In this document: in pieces, positions 28,034 to 35,486 of the stretch
Layout of the letters: each line of letters opens with the position of its first letter
Numbering within the stretch: position 1 is the first letter of the stretch
Source: Candidatus Faecousia faecipullorum
Lineage (GTDB): Bacteria; Bacillota; Clostridia; Oscillospirales; Oscillospiraceae
Reading direction: 5' to 3'
Assembly: GCA_018710805.1 (NCBI GenBank)
Contig: DVJG01000199.1
Span: 1-35,645, forward strand
Length of the DNA stretch: 35,645 bases
Made by a program: the position numbers and the translations under genes
The notes under the pieces: generated by a model
Seen by the model: only the letters and a program-made list of their open reading frames with translations
What the model was told of the DNA's origin: nothing
Database searches by the model: none

Positions 28034-28682
28034 GGAATGCCCAGCCCTGTGGGACTTCTATATGCCGGGCAGGCTCCGGGACTATGACCTGATCCTCTCC
28101 TGCGGAGACCTGAAATCCGACTATCTGAGCTTTCTCGTGACCATGGCCCGATGCCCGCTGCTCTACGTCCACGGAAACCACGACGGCCACTACAGCCGCC
28201 GCCCTCCGGAAGGGTGCGACTGCATCGACGGGCATCTCGTTACCTTCAACGGCCTGCGGATTCTGGGCCTGGGCGGGTGCCGGAAGTACCGCCCGGGAGA
28301 GCACCAGTACACGGAAGCCGAAATGCGGCTTCGCATTGCCCGGCTCCGGCTGAAAATCCGGCTGGCCGGCGGCGTGGACATTGTGGTGACCCATGCGGCG
28401 CCCCTGGGCCTGGGGGACGACGAGGACCGGGCCCACTGGGGATTTGCGGCATTGAAGGAGCTTCTGGACCAGTACCATCCCCAATATCTCATTCACGGCC
28501 ACGTCCATATGTCCTACGGCAATCACGTTCCCAGAGTGCTGGAGTATAACGACACAAAAATTGTGAACGCCTATGAGCGCTATACCCTGGACGTGCCCGA
28601 AGGCCCCTGCAAGGCCAGAAACTACGGCCAGGTCATCTACAAGACCCGGCCGCCGCGGCCCAAAACCGCGGAAGATAATTAA
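28008..28682 (+). CDS. Calcineurin-like metallophosphoesterase
   Basis: VSD, CGDL, VHGNHD, VTHAAP, HGHVH; GTG start overlaps the upstream gene. Confidence 0.9.
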   Translation: MKILTVSDEECPALWDFYMPGRLRDYDLILSCGDLKSDYLSFLVTMARCPLLYVHGNHDGHYSRRPPEGCDCIDGHLVTFNGLRILGLGGCRKYRPGEHQYTEAEMRLRIARLRLKIRLAGGVDIVVTHAAPLGLGDDEDRAHWGFAALKELLDQYHPQYLIHGHVHMSYGNHVPRVLEYNDTKIVNAYERYTLDVPEGPCKARNYGQVIYKTRPPRPKTAEDN

Positions 28683-28698
28683 ATTCCGAGGCGATTCT

Positions 28699-29346
28699 AT
28701 GTTTACAGGCTTTACCCCGGAGGCCATCGACTTTCTCTGGGGCATCCGTTTGAACAATAACCGGGACTGGTTCCTGGAACACAAAAAGCAGTACGTCACC
28801 CAGGTTTACGAGCCCATGAAGGCTTTGGGGGGAGAACTGTTTGAACCCTTTTCCCAGGAGCCGGGGAACATTCTGAAGGTCAGCCGGATCTACCGGGACA
28901 CCCGGCTGCACCACCCGGACCCCTACAAGGAGAGCTTGTGGCTGTGCATCCGCCAGGACGTGGAGTGGTGGTCCGAGGCCCCCTGCCTGTCCTTTGAGAT
29001 AAACCCCGAGGGGGTCCGCTACGGCTTTCACATCTGGAGCCCAAGACCTGCCGCCATGGCCCAGTTCCGAAAGCGCATCACGGAAAATCCCCGGGAATTT
29101 CTGGAGCTTATGGCCTCCGCCCAGGCGGCCCTGGGCAAGCCCATTACCGCCGCAAGTTATCGCCGGCCCAAGGAGACGGATAATCCGGACCTGGTGCCCT
29201 ATATCTCCTGGAAGGAGCACCTGGGCTGCCTCTGGCAGGAGGAGCCGGGCCCCGGGATTTTCTCGCCGGAGCTCAAAGACCGGGTTGCGGACCGATTCCG
29301 CAAGCTTGTGCCTGTCTACAACTACTTTAACCAAATCATGGTGTAA
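28699..29346 (+). CDS. DUF2461 family protein
   Basis: MFTGF...NNNRDWF..HK..Y, SRIYRDTR...PYK. Confidence 0.85.
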   Translation: MFTGFTPEAIDFLWGIRLNNNRDWFLEHKKQYVTQVYEPMKALGGELFEPFSQEPGNILKVSRIYRDTRLHHPDPYKESLWLCIRQDVEWWSEAPCLSFEINPEGVRYGFHIWSPRPAAMAQFRKRITENPREFLELMASAQAALGKPITAASYRRPKETDNPDLVPYISWKEHLGCLWQEEPGPGIFSPELKDRVADRFRKLVPVYNYFNQIMV

Positions 29347-29362
29347 AACGAAGGAGAAACCT

Positions 29363-30250
29363 ATGAAGAAGACCATTTTTACAGGTATGGCCACGGCCAT
29401 CGTCACCCCTATGACCGCAGACGGCATCGACTATGAGGCCCTGGGCCGTTTCCTGGAATTCCAGATTGAAAACGGCATCAACGCCATTGTGGTCATGGGC
29501 ACCACCGGCGAGAACGCCACCATCGAGTACGAGGACCAGAAGGAGGTCATCCGCTTCACGGTGGAGAAGGTCAACCATCGGGTCCCCGTCATTGCGGGCA
29601 CCGGAACCAACAACACCGCCCACGTGCTGTCCAACACCAAAAACGCCTGCGAAGTTGGTGCGGATGCCGTTCTCGTGGTGACTCCCTACTACAATAAGGC
29701 CACCCAGAACGGCCTGTACCAGTTTTTCACCACCATCGCCGACGCCTCCCGGGTGCCTGTGATTCTCTACAATGTGCCCAGCCGCACAGGCGTGAACCTG
29801 CTGCCTGCCACCGTGGCGAAGCTTGCCGAGCACCCCAACATCGTGGCGGTGAAGGAAGCCACGGGAAATGTGGCCCAGATGGAGGAGATCAGAGTCCTCT
29901 GCGGAGACAAAATCGATATCTACTCCGGCGAGGACGCCCTCACCGTGCCCATGATGGCCATGGGCGCCAAGGGCACCATCAGCGTGCTCAGCAACGTGGT
30001 GCCCCGGGAATGTGTGGCCATGACCGACGCCTGCCTGGCCCAGGACTACAAGACCGCTGCGGAGCTTCAGCTGAAGCTGCTGCCCCTGACCAACGCCCTT
30101 TTCAGCGAGGTCAACCCCATCCCCGCCAAGGCTGCGGTGTCCGCCATGGGCTTTGGTGAGGAGCACATCCGCCTGCCCCTGACGCCTATGGAAGACGACC
30201 ACCGGGCCGTCCTCTTTGCGGAAATGCGGAAGCTGGGGGTCAAGGTATGA
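29363..30250 (+). CDS. dapA: 4-hydroxy-tetrahydrodipicolinate synthase
   Basis: GTTGE, PVIAGTG, VTPYYNK, LYNVPSRT, AVKEA, NPIPAK. Confidence 0.97.
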   Translation: MKKTIFTGMATAIVTPMTADGIDYEALGRFLEFQIENGINAIVVMGTTGENATIEYEDQKEVIRFTVEKVNHRVPVIAGTGTNNTAHVLSNTKNACEVGADAVLVVTPYYNKATQNGLYQFFTTIADASRVPVILYNVPSRTGVNLLPATVAKLAEHPNIVAVKEATGNVAQMEEIRVLCGDKIDIYSGEDALTVPMMAMGAKGTISVLSNVVPRECVAMTDACLAQDYKTAAELQLKLLPLTNALFSEVNPIPAKAAVSAMGFGEEHIRLPLTPMEDDHRAVLFAEMRKLGVKV

Positions 30251-30966
30251 GAGCCGTGGTCTGCGGCGCCAACGGCGCCATGGGACAGCTTATCTGCGGC
30301 ATCCTGGGAGATGCCGTTGTGGGCAAGGTGAGCATCGACGGGGAAAACGGGGTCCCCAAGACCTTCGCCCAGCTGGGGCCCGTCCAGGCCGATGTGGTCA
30401 TCGACTTTTCCCACCACACCGCGGTCCGAGATGTGCTGAACTATGCAAAGTCCATAGGTTCCGCCGCCGTCATCGGCACCACCGGCCACACAGAGGAGGA
30501 AAAACAGGCCATTTACGCCGCCGCCCGGGAGATTCCCGTATTTTACTCCGGCAATATGAGCCTGGGCATTGCGGTGCTGTGCCGTCTTGCCAAGGAGGCC
30601 GCCCGGTACTTCCCCGACGCCGACATTGAAATCGTGGAGACCCACCACAACCGGAAGGTGGACGCCCCCAGCGGCACGGCCCTGATGCTCTTCAACGCCA
30701 TCAAAGAGGTCCGTCCCCAGGCCGTGGCAAACTGCGGCCGGGCCGGGGAAGGGAAGCGGGAAAAGGACGAAATCGGCATTGCGTCCCTGCGTATGGGCAG
30801 CGTGGTAGGCATCCACGAAATTCACATCCACTCAGGAAGCCAGTGCCTGACCTTACGCCACGAGGCCGTGACCCGGAGTATGCTGGCAGAGGGCGCCGTG
30901 GACGCTGCCCGGTTCATGGCAGGAAAGGGCATGGGCCTCTACAACATGGAAAGTATGCTGGGTTAA
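30247..30966 (+). CDS. dapB: 4-hydroxy-tetrahydrodipicolinate reductase
   Basis: GANGAMG, IDFS, GTTG, ETHHNRKVDAPSGTA. Confidence 0.97.
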   Translation: MRAVVCGANGAMGQLICGILGDAVVGKVSIDGENGVPKTFAQLGPVQADVVIDFSHHTAVRDVLNYAKSIGSAAVIGTTGHTEEEKQAIYAAAREIPVFYSGNMSLGIAVLCRLAKEAARYFPDADIEIVETHHNRKVDAPSGTALMLFNAIKEVRPQAVANCGRAGEGKREKDEIGIASLRMGSVVGIHEIHIHSGSQCLTLRHEAVTRSMLAEGAVDAARFMAGKGMGLYNMESMLG

Positions 30967-30967
30967 T

Positions 30968-31744
30968 ATGAAAGTCTACTATATGAACGGCGCGGGCAAT
31001 GATTTTATGGTCCTGGATGCCCGGGGACAGCAATTGAATTTTGAGAAGCTTTCGGTAGAATTATGTAAACTTACCGGAGCCGACGGCTTTATGGCGGCGG
31101 ATGTGTCCGAAAGGGCGGATTTTCGCCTCCACTTCTACAACGCCGACGGCACCCGGGGGGAGATGTGCGGCAACGGCGCCAGGTGCATCTGCCGCTTCGC
31201 CTACGATATGGGCATCGCCGGAGCGGAAATGGTGGTGGAGACCGACGCAGGACTGGTGCCCGGCTGGCGGCTGGCGGAAAACCAATATCGGGTGAAGCTC
31301 AATAACCCCAGCGTCCTGGACCTTTGCCGCAAAGAGGGGATTGCCTACGTGGAGCTGGGAAACCCCGGGGTTCCCCACGCCGTGGCGGAATACCAGGGGG
31401 ACCTCTGGGGCCATGCCCGGGAGCTGAAGGAAACCCTGCGGGCCCTTCGCCATGACCCGGCCTTCCCCAAGGGCGCCAACGTGAATTTCTACCAGGTCCT
31501 GGGAGACGCGGAGGTTCGGGTCCTCACCTTCGAGCGGGGGGTGGAGGACTACACCCTGGCCTGCGGCACCGGCTGCGGGTCCGTGGCCTCTGTGCTGTGG
31601 AAAATGGGCCGGCTGCCCGGAGGCAAACTCACCGCCCACAACCGGGGCGGCACCCTGAAAGTCACCGTTTCCGGCTCAGAGGGAATGCCCGACACCATTC
31701 TCCTGGAAGGCCCTGCGGAAATGGGAAAGGCTTATGACATCTGA
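30968..31744 (+). CDS. dapF: Diaminopimelate epimerase
   Basis: GAGNDF, MCGNGARC, GVPH, NVNF, ERGV..TLACGTG. Confidence 0.96.
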   Translation: MKVYYMNGAGNDFMVLDARGQQLNFEKLSVELCKLTGADGFMAADVSERADFRLHFYNADGTRGEMCGNGARCICRFAYDMGIAGAEMVVETDAGLVPGWRLAENQYRVKLNNPSVLDLCRKEGIAYVELGNPGVPHAVAEYQGDLWGHARELKETLRALRHDPAFPKGANVNFYQVLGDAEVRVLTFERGVEDYTLACGTGCGSVASVLWKMGRLPGGKLTAHNRGGTLKVTVSGSEGMPDTILLEGPAEMGKAYDI

Positions 31745-31746
31745 AA

Positions 31747-31776
31747 AAATCCGGGATGCAATCGCATCCCGGATTT
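31747..31776 (+). terminator. Terminator after dapF
   Basis: AAATCCGGGATGC-aatc-GCATCCCGGATTT perfect stem. Confidence 0.8.
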
Positions 31777-31815
31777 AGACTGTCAAAAATCCCCTGCGGG
31801 GCTTTTTGATAAGCG

Positions 31816-31841
31816 AAAAGGGAGGCAAAAATGCCTCCCTT
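31816..31841 (-). terminator. Terminator after the CooT gene
   Basis: AAGGGAGGCA / TGCCTCCCTT stem followed by T residues on the minus strand. Confidence 0.7.
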
Positions 31842-31848
31842 CCAATTG

Positions 31849-32046
31849 TTACTGGGTAATGGCTTCCTTCACCACGGCCACGCCGTCCACCAGGTTTGCC
31901 ATTTCCAAGGTCCCCTCCACGGCCATTTGACGCTCCATCAGGTCCGTGAGGATGACCATGCCGTCCCGGCATTCAATCCGCATGACGTTTTTCATCATGA
32001 CGGTTTCCGGGGTCAGTTTGTTTTTATAAACGGTTGAAAGGCACAT
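31849..32046 (-). CDS. CooT-family nickel-binding protein
   Basis: 65 aa starting MCLSTVY (Cys2 is the Ni ligand in CooT); NV..I, L.DL pattern. Confidence 0.8.
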   Translation of the reverse strand: MCLSTVYKNKLTPETVMMKNVMRIECRDGMVILTDLMERQMAVEGTLEMANLVDGVAVVKEAITQ

Positions 32047-32049
32047 AGC

Positions 32050-32361
32050 TTACTTCTCCTCCAGGCTGGCGAGGACCACGCTCAGGCGCATATTGCCCTT
32101 TTCAAAGTCGGACACCGCCGCCATGACCTGCTCGTAGGCCACGTGGTTTCCAAGTTTTTCCAGCTGACCTGCCAGGTCTGCCAGCTCCTTGGCGTGGGAG
32201 GCGTTGTGGCCCACCATGTACTTCATAAGGGCGGTGAGCTCCTCCATGGGAGTGTGCTCGCAGGGGGTGCCGCAGCCGGAGCACTTGCCTCCGCAGTCGT
32301 GGTCGTGATGATGATGCTCATGGGTGTGGCCGCCCATGGTGTGATCGTGATCGAGATGCAT
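32050..32361 (-). CDS. His/Cys-rich putative Ni/Co-binding protein
   Basis: HLDHDHTMGGHTHEHHHHDHDCGGKCSGC; LMKYMVGHNASHAKEL helical domain; AAGGAGG spacing favours ATG at 32361. Confidence 0.8.
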   Translation of the reverse strand: MHLDHDHTMGGHTHEHHHHDHDCGGKCSGCGTPCEHTPMEELTALMKYMVGHNASHAKELADLAGQLEKLGNHVAYEQVMAAVSDFEKGNMRLSVVLASLEEK

Positions 32362-32387
32362 AGTCATTCCTCCTTGGTTTTTTCTAT

Positions 32388-32416
32388 ATTATACCCACCC
32401 TATGCGGTAAAGTCAA
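32388..32416 (-). promoter_or_regulatory. Sigma-A promoter with a CsoR/RcnR-type operator in the spacer
   Basis: TTGACT-17bp-TATAAT; TACCCACCCTATGCGGTA (32392-32409) has the TAC-C-tract...GGTA form of CsoR/RcnR/InrS operators. Confidence 0.65.
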
Positions 32417-32451
32417 AACATTTATTTTCTCCGGATATCCCCCGGCGGGGC

Positions 32452-32480
32452 TTGCGGGGCCGGGGAAAATCGGGTATAAT
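32452..32480 (+). promoter_or_regulatory. Sigma-A promoter
   Basis: TTGCGG-17bp-TATAAT. Confidence 0.7.
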
Positions 32481-32481
32481 A

Positions 32482-32644
32482 AGGAATCCCCGCACAATTG
32501 TGTCTGCGCTCTTCGCCCAATCTTTTGCCCCAACCGTGCAGTTATCAAAGAGGAGAATACATACAGTATTCCCGCTCTTTGATAACTTTCGTCTGAGACA
32601 AAATCTTTGGCCGAATGTGCTTGCCAAATGATGCGGTGCTTCCT
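32482..32644 (+). ncRNA. Rod-like structured element, copy A (5' UTR; ncRNA or palindromic mobile repeat)
   Basis: End-to-end imperfect palindrome; homologous to 35277-35443 with compensatory stem changes. Confidence 0.7.
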
Positions 32645-32675
32645 AAGACGATTTCTCCCGAAAGAAGGTCTCGTT

Positions 32676-33044
32676 ATGTCTGACCACGAACACGAATTGG
32701 AGCACGCTCACGAACATAACCACGAATCGGAACACGATCACGCCTACTACCACGCCCACGGCATTCCCCACTCCCACGGCCACGTCCATGAGAGCCAGAA
32801 GGCCGTATTAAATCGCCTCTCCCGGGCCATCGGCCACCTGGAAAAAGTCCGGCGCATGGTGGAGGAGGGCTATGACTGCACGGAAGTCCTGGTCCAGCTG
32901 GCGGCGGTGCGGTCGGCTCTGGACAACACCGGAAAGGTGATTTTCAAGGACCATATGCGCCACTGCATGGTGGACGCCGTAGCCGCCGGAGACAAGGAAG
33001 CCATCGACGGCCTGTGCCAGGCCATCGACAAATTTATGAAGTGA
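32676..33044 (+). CDS. CsoR/RcnR-family metal-sensing repressor with a His-rich N-terminus (InrS-like)
   Basis: HVH...NRLSRAIGHL...DCTEVLVQLAAVRSAL...DHMRHC gives an H-C-H-C fingerprint. Confidence 0.9.
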   Translation: MSDHEHELEHAHEHNHESEHDHAYYHAHGIPHSHGHVHESQKAVLNRLSRAIGHLEKVRRMVEEGYDCTEVLVQLAAVRSALDNTGKVIFKDHMRHCMVDAVAAGDKEAIDGLCQAIDKFMK

Positions 33045-33819
33045 CCGTGGGGAACAGTTCCTCAATTTTCCCGAAGCGGTAGCCCATTTCCTCCCATTTG
33101 GTGAGAAGCTCGTCCAGGATTTCCGCATTGGTCTGGGACGTGGAGTGCAGAAGCACCACGGCGCCCGGGTGGGTCCTGGGAATGAGCTTTGACATGGCCT
33201 CGGTGCGGCTGGGCTGGGCATCATTGTTCCAGTCCACATAGGCAAGGCTCCAGAACACCGTCTTATAGCCCATATCCTTTGCCATTTGAAGGTTTTCCTC
33301 GCTGTAAATGCCCTGGGGCGGGCGGTAGAATTTGGACATCTCCTGACCGGTGGTCTCTTTGAACAGGACTTCCAGGTCCTGCAGCTCTTTGGAAAAGGCC
33401 GCCTTGTCCGAGAGCTTCGACATATTGTAGTGGTGCATGGTGTGATTGCCTACGGTGTGGCCCTCCTTAACCATGCGGCGGACCAGGTCGGCGTTCCGCT
33501 GGATATAGTTCCCCACCAGAAAGAAGGCCCCCGGAGCCTGATGCTTTTGGAGCGTGTCCAGAAGTTTCCCCGTTGAGCCGTTTTCGTAGCCTGCGTCGAA
33601 GGTCAGGTAAATGGTTTTCTGGGTGGTGTCCCCGATGTAGGCCGCGTCATAGCGCCGCAGCTGGTCGATGCCTGCGTTGCCGATGGGCGGCGCACCCTCC
33701 TTGCGGAAGCTGAGCCCCCAGGCCCCGGTGGGCAGACTGCTCCCCGACAGCACCGTCAGGGCCACCGCCACGGCAATGCCCAGGGCCGCCGCCGCAATCA
33801 CAATATCCCGTTTTCGCAT
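33034..33819 (-). CDS. Polysaccharide deacetylase (PdaA-like spore cortex de-N-acetylase)
   Basis: YLTFDAGYENG, GNHTMHH, YRPPQG, FWSLAYVDW, HPGAVVLLH. Confidence 0.9.
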   Translation of the reverse strand: MRKRDIVIAAAALGIAVAVALTVLSGSSLPTGAWGLSFRKEGAPPIGNAGIDQLRRYDAAYIGDTTQKTIYLTFDAGYENGSTGKLLDTLQKHQAPGAFFLVGNYIQRNADLVRRMVKEGHTVGNHTMHHYNMSKLSDKAAFSKELQDLEVLFKETTGQEMSKFYRPPQGIYSEENLQMAKDMGYKTVFWSLAYVDWNNDAQPSRTEAMSKLIPRTHPGAVVLLHSTSQTNAEILDELLTKWEEMGYRFGKIEELFPTVTS

Positions 33820-33840
33820 GAAGTATCCCCTCCTCTGGAC

Positions 33841-33868
33841 AGCCTATGCCCGGAGGAGGGGAAATATT
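33841..33868 (-). promoter_or_regulatory. Sporulation sigma (sigma-E-like) promoter
   Basis: AATATT-14bp-CATAGGCT upstream of the deacetylase RBS. Confidence 0.5.
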
Positions 33869-34105
33869 ATGCGCCCCGGGGGAAAGCCGGGGCCCATATT
33901 GAGACTGCCCCCAAACCCCTTGCGGGCTTTGGGGGCAACTGAAAGCAGCCTGCTGCGTGCATAATTTGTCCCCTTGAGGGACAAATTCCACACTTGCAGT
34001 CTGAGAAGTGTTTTCTGCCAGGTACACGCCCCGGCAGAAAACGGATTGGAATTCTATTTGCCGCCCACGGCGGCAAACTCTGGGAGGCTTTTTTGACAAG
34101 TTGAT

Positions 34106-34136
34106 TATGCGCCCCGGCTTTCCGTCGGGGCGCGTA
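34106..34136 (-). terminator. Hairpin after the ADP-ribosylglycohydrolase gene
   Basis: GCGCCCCG / CGGGGCGC stem; the T-tract is on the plus strand, so it may be bidirectional. Confidence 0.6.
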
Positions 34137-34143
34137 TTCTTTT

Positions 34144-35244
34144 TTACTGGCCCCCGTGCAGGTACTTATAGTCCCAGTCCAGGTCGAAGAGCTTGCTCCC
34201 CTTCTCCATGGGGCACCCGGTGTGGAGGTCGTCCGCCAGCTCCTGAAGGGTCTCGGCGGGTTCCAGACATTCGATATAGAATTCCGGCAGGGCCTCTTCT
34301 CCAAGCCGTGCCCCCAGAATGGCCCCTGCCATGGCGCCTACGGCGGCAGAGCGGCCGGAGTGATTCACGGCGGCGATCATGGCGCTGTCGAAGTCGTCCT
34401 GGCACATGAGGCAGGCATACATGGCCCCGGCCAATGCCTGGGAGGCGGTTTCACAGCCCAGACGTTCCATGGCGTCCACGGTGCGGACCGTGGGGGACTC
34501 AAAGAAGGTCACGGCCCGGCGGATCTGGTTTGCCAGTTCAAAGGCCTGGCTGTACTGGTGACCAAATTGGTCCTTTACCATTTCCGCCGTGTCGAGAAAC
34601 AGCTTTTTCAGGGGAATCCGGGGGTTATTCAGAACGTGAGATACAACATGGGTCAGTGCGGCGCCGGTTAAAAAGGCCGTGGGACTTCCGTGGGTCAGGG
34701 CCACGGCTTCGGCGCCCAGCCAGTCAAGCTCCTCCTGGCCCGCCCGGTCCTCGTGGCAGAAGAGGGCCACGCCAATGGCGCTGGTGAGGCCCGTGGGGTC
34801 CGCGAAACCGTTTCTGGGGGTCTCGGGGGTGCCAAGCCGCTCCCGGCTCAGGGTGTCCAGCATCCGGGTGTCCATACAGTGGCGGCGGCACAGGTCCGGC
34901 TTCCGGGACAGCCAGCAGTAGCTGCGGTTGGGGCGTCCCCAGGGGCGCTGAGAGGCGGCCCATTCCCGGCTGCTCAGTTCAATATAGCGGACGAAGGGCG
35001 CCATTTTCCCCAGCATCTGGCCCCGAGTCAGGCCAAAGAGCAGACCGTTGCAGGTAAACGCCGCCAGCTGGGTGTAGGAGGTCACGTCGGCGTAGCCGTT
35101 GACCAGGTCGTAGCCCATAAGGCCGTTGGGACCGTAGTCCTCCCGGATCTCCGTGAGACTTTTGCTGTCCACGGTGTAGCCCATGGCGTCTCCCACGGCC
35201 AGGCCCAGCAGGCATCCGCGGTAGGTGGTCTGAGCAATGGACAT
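34144..35244 (-). CDS. ADP-ribosylglycohydrolase-fold protein (catalytic motifs degenerate)
   Basis: YRGCLLGLAVGDAMG, ALTHG, AVN..G...GAMAGAILGA.LG..ALP; AAGGAGG RBS supports ATG at 35244. Confidence 0.88.
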   Translation of the reverse strand: MSIAQTTYRGCLLGLAVGDAMGYTVDSKSLTEIREDYGPNGLMGYDLVNGYADVTSYTQLAAFTCNGLLFGLTRGQMLGKMAPFVRYIELSSREWAASQRPWGRPNRSYCWLSRKPDLCRRHCMDTRMLDTLSRERLGTPETPRNGFADPTGLTSAIGVALFCHEDRAGQEELDWLGAEAVALTHGSPTAFLTGAALTHVVSHVLNNPRIPLKKLFLDTAEMVKDQFGHQYSQAFELANQIRRAVTFFESPTVRTVDAMERLGCETASQALAGAMYACLMCQDDFDSAMIAAVNHSGRSAAVGAMAGAILGARLGEEALPEFYIECLEPAETLQELADDLHTGCPMEKGSKLFDLDWDYKYLHGGQ

Positions 35245-35276
35245 AATGACCCCTCCTTCTCCCAATTTCCGTTTCC

Positions 35277-35443
35277 TAAGGAAGCTCTGATGAAATCGGC
35301 AAGAGCTGGAAGCAAAAGATTTTGGCTCAGACAAAGGTTCTGAAAATGGAGGAATACTGTATGTATTTCCCATTTTCAGAACTGCACGGATGGGACAAAA
35401 GATTCGCTGCCCAGCCGAAGACGATTTATTCAGAGGTTCCCTA
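35277..35443 (-). ncRNA. Rod-like structured element, copy B (5' UTR; ncRNA or palindromic mobile repeat)
   Basis: End-to-end imperfect palindrome homologous to 32482-32644. Confidence 0.7.
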
Positions 35444-35445
35444 AT

Positions 35446-35474
35446 ATTATACCGTTTTTTCGGAGAAAAGGCAA
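35446..35474 (-). promoter_or_regulatory. Sigma-A promoter
   Basis: TTGCCT-17bp-TATAAT. Confidence 0.7.
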
Positions 35475-35486
35475 GAGGAATCTACC

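Noticed and set aside
28699-31744. Lysine riboswitch or T-box for the dap genes or lysS
   Set aside because: Intergenic gaps are too short and no such motifs are seen.
32482-32644. 6S RNA or NiCo/cobalamin riboswitch reading of the rod element
   Set aside because: No large central bubble or own terminator, no four-way junction or B12 box, and a second copy precedes a gene unrelated to metals. Not formally excluded without an Rfam search.
35286-35295. CTGATGA hammerhead-like core in copy B (plus strand)
   Set aside because: Not conserved in copy A and lies within a paired stem; no proper stem II/GAAA arrangement.
35245-35373. N-terminal extensions in the ORF track for the ARH gene (also for 32607, 29285, 28573, 16293 and 740)
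   Set aside because: RBS position and family N-termini support the downstream ATGs; two of the extensions run through the rod element.
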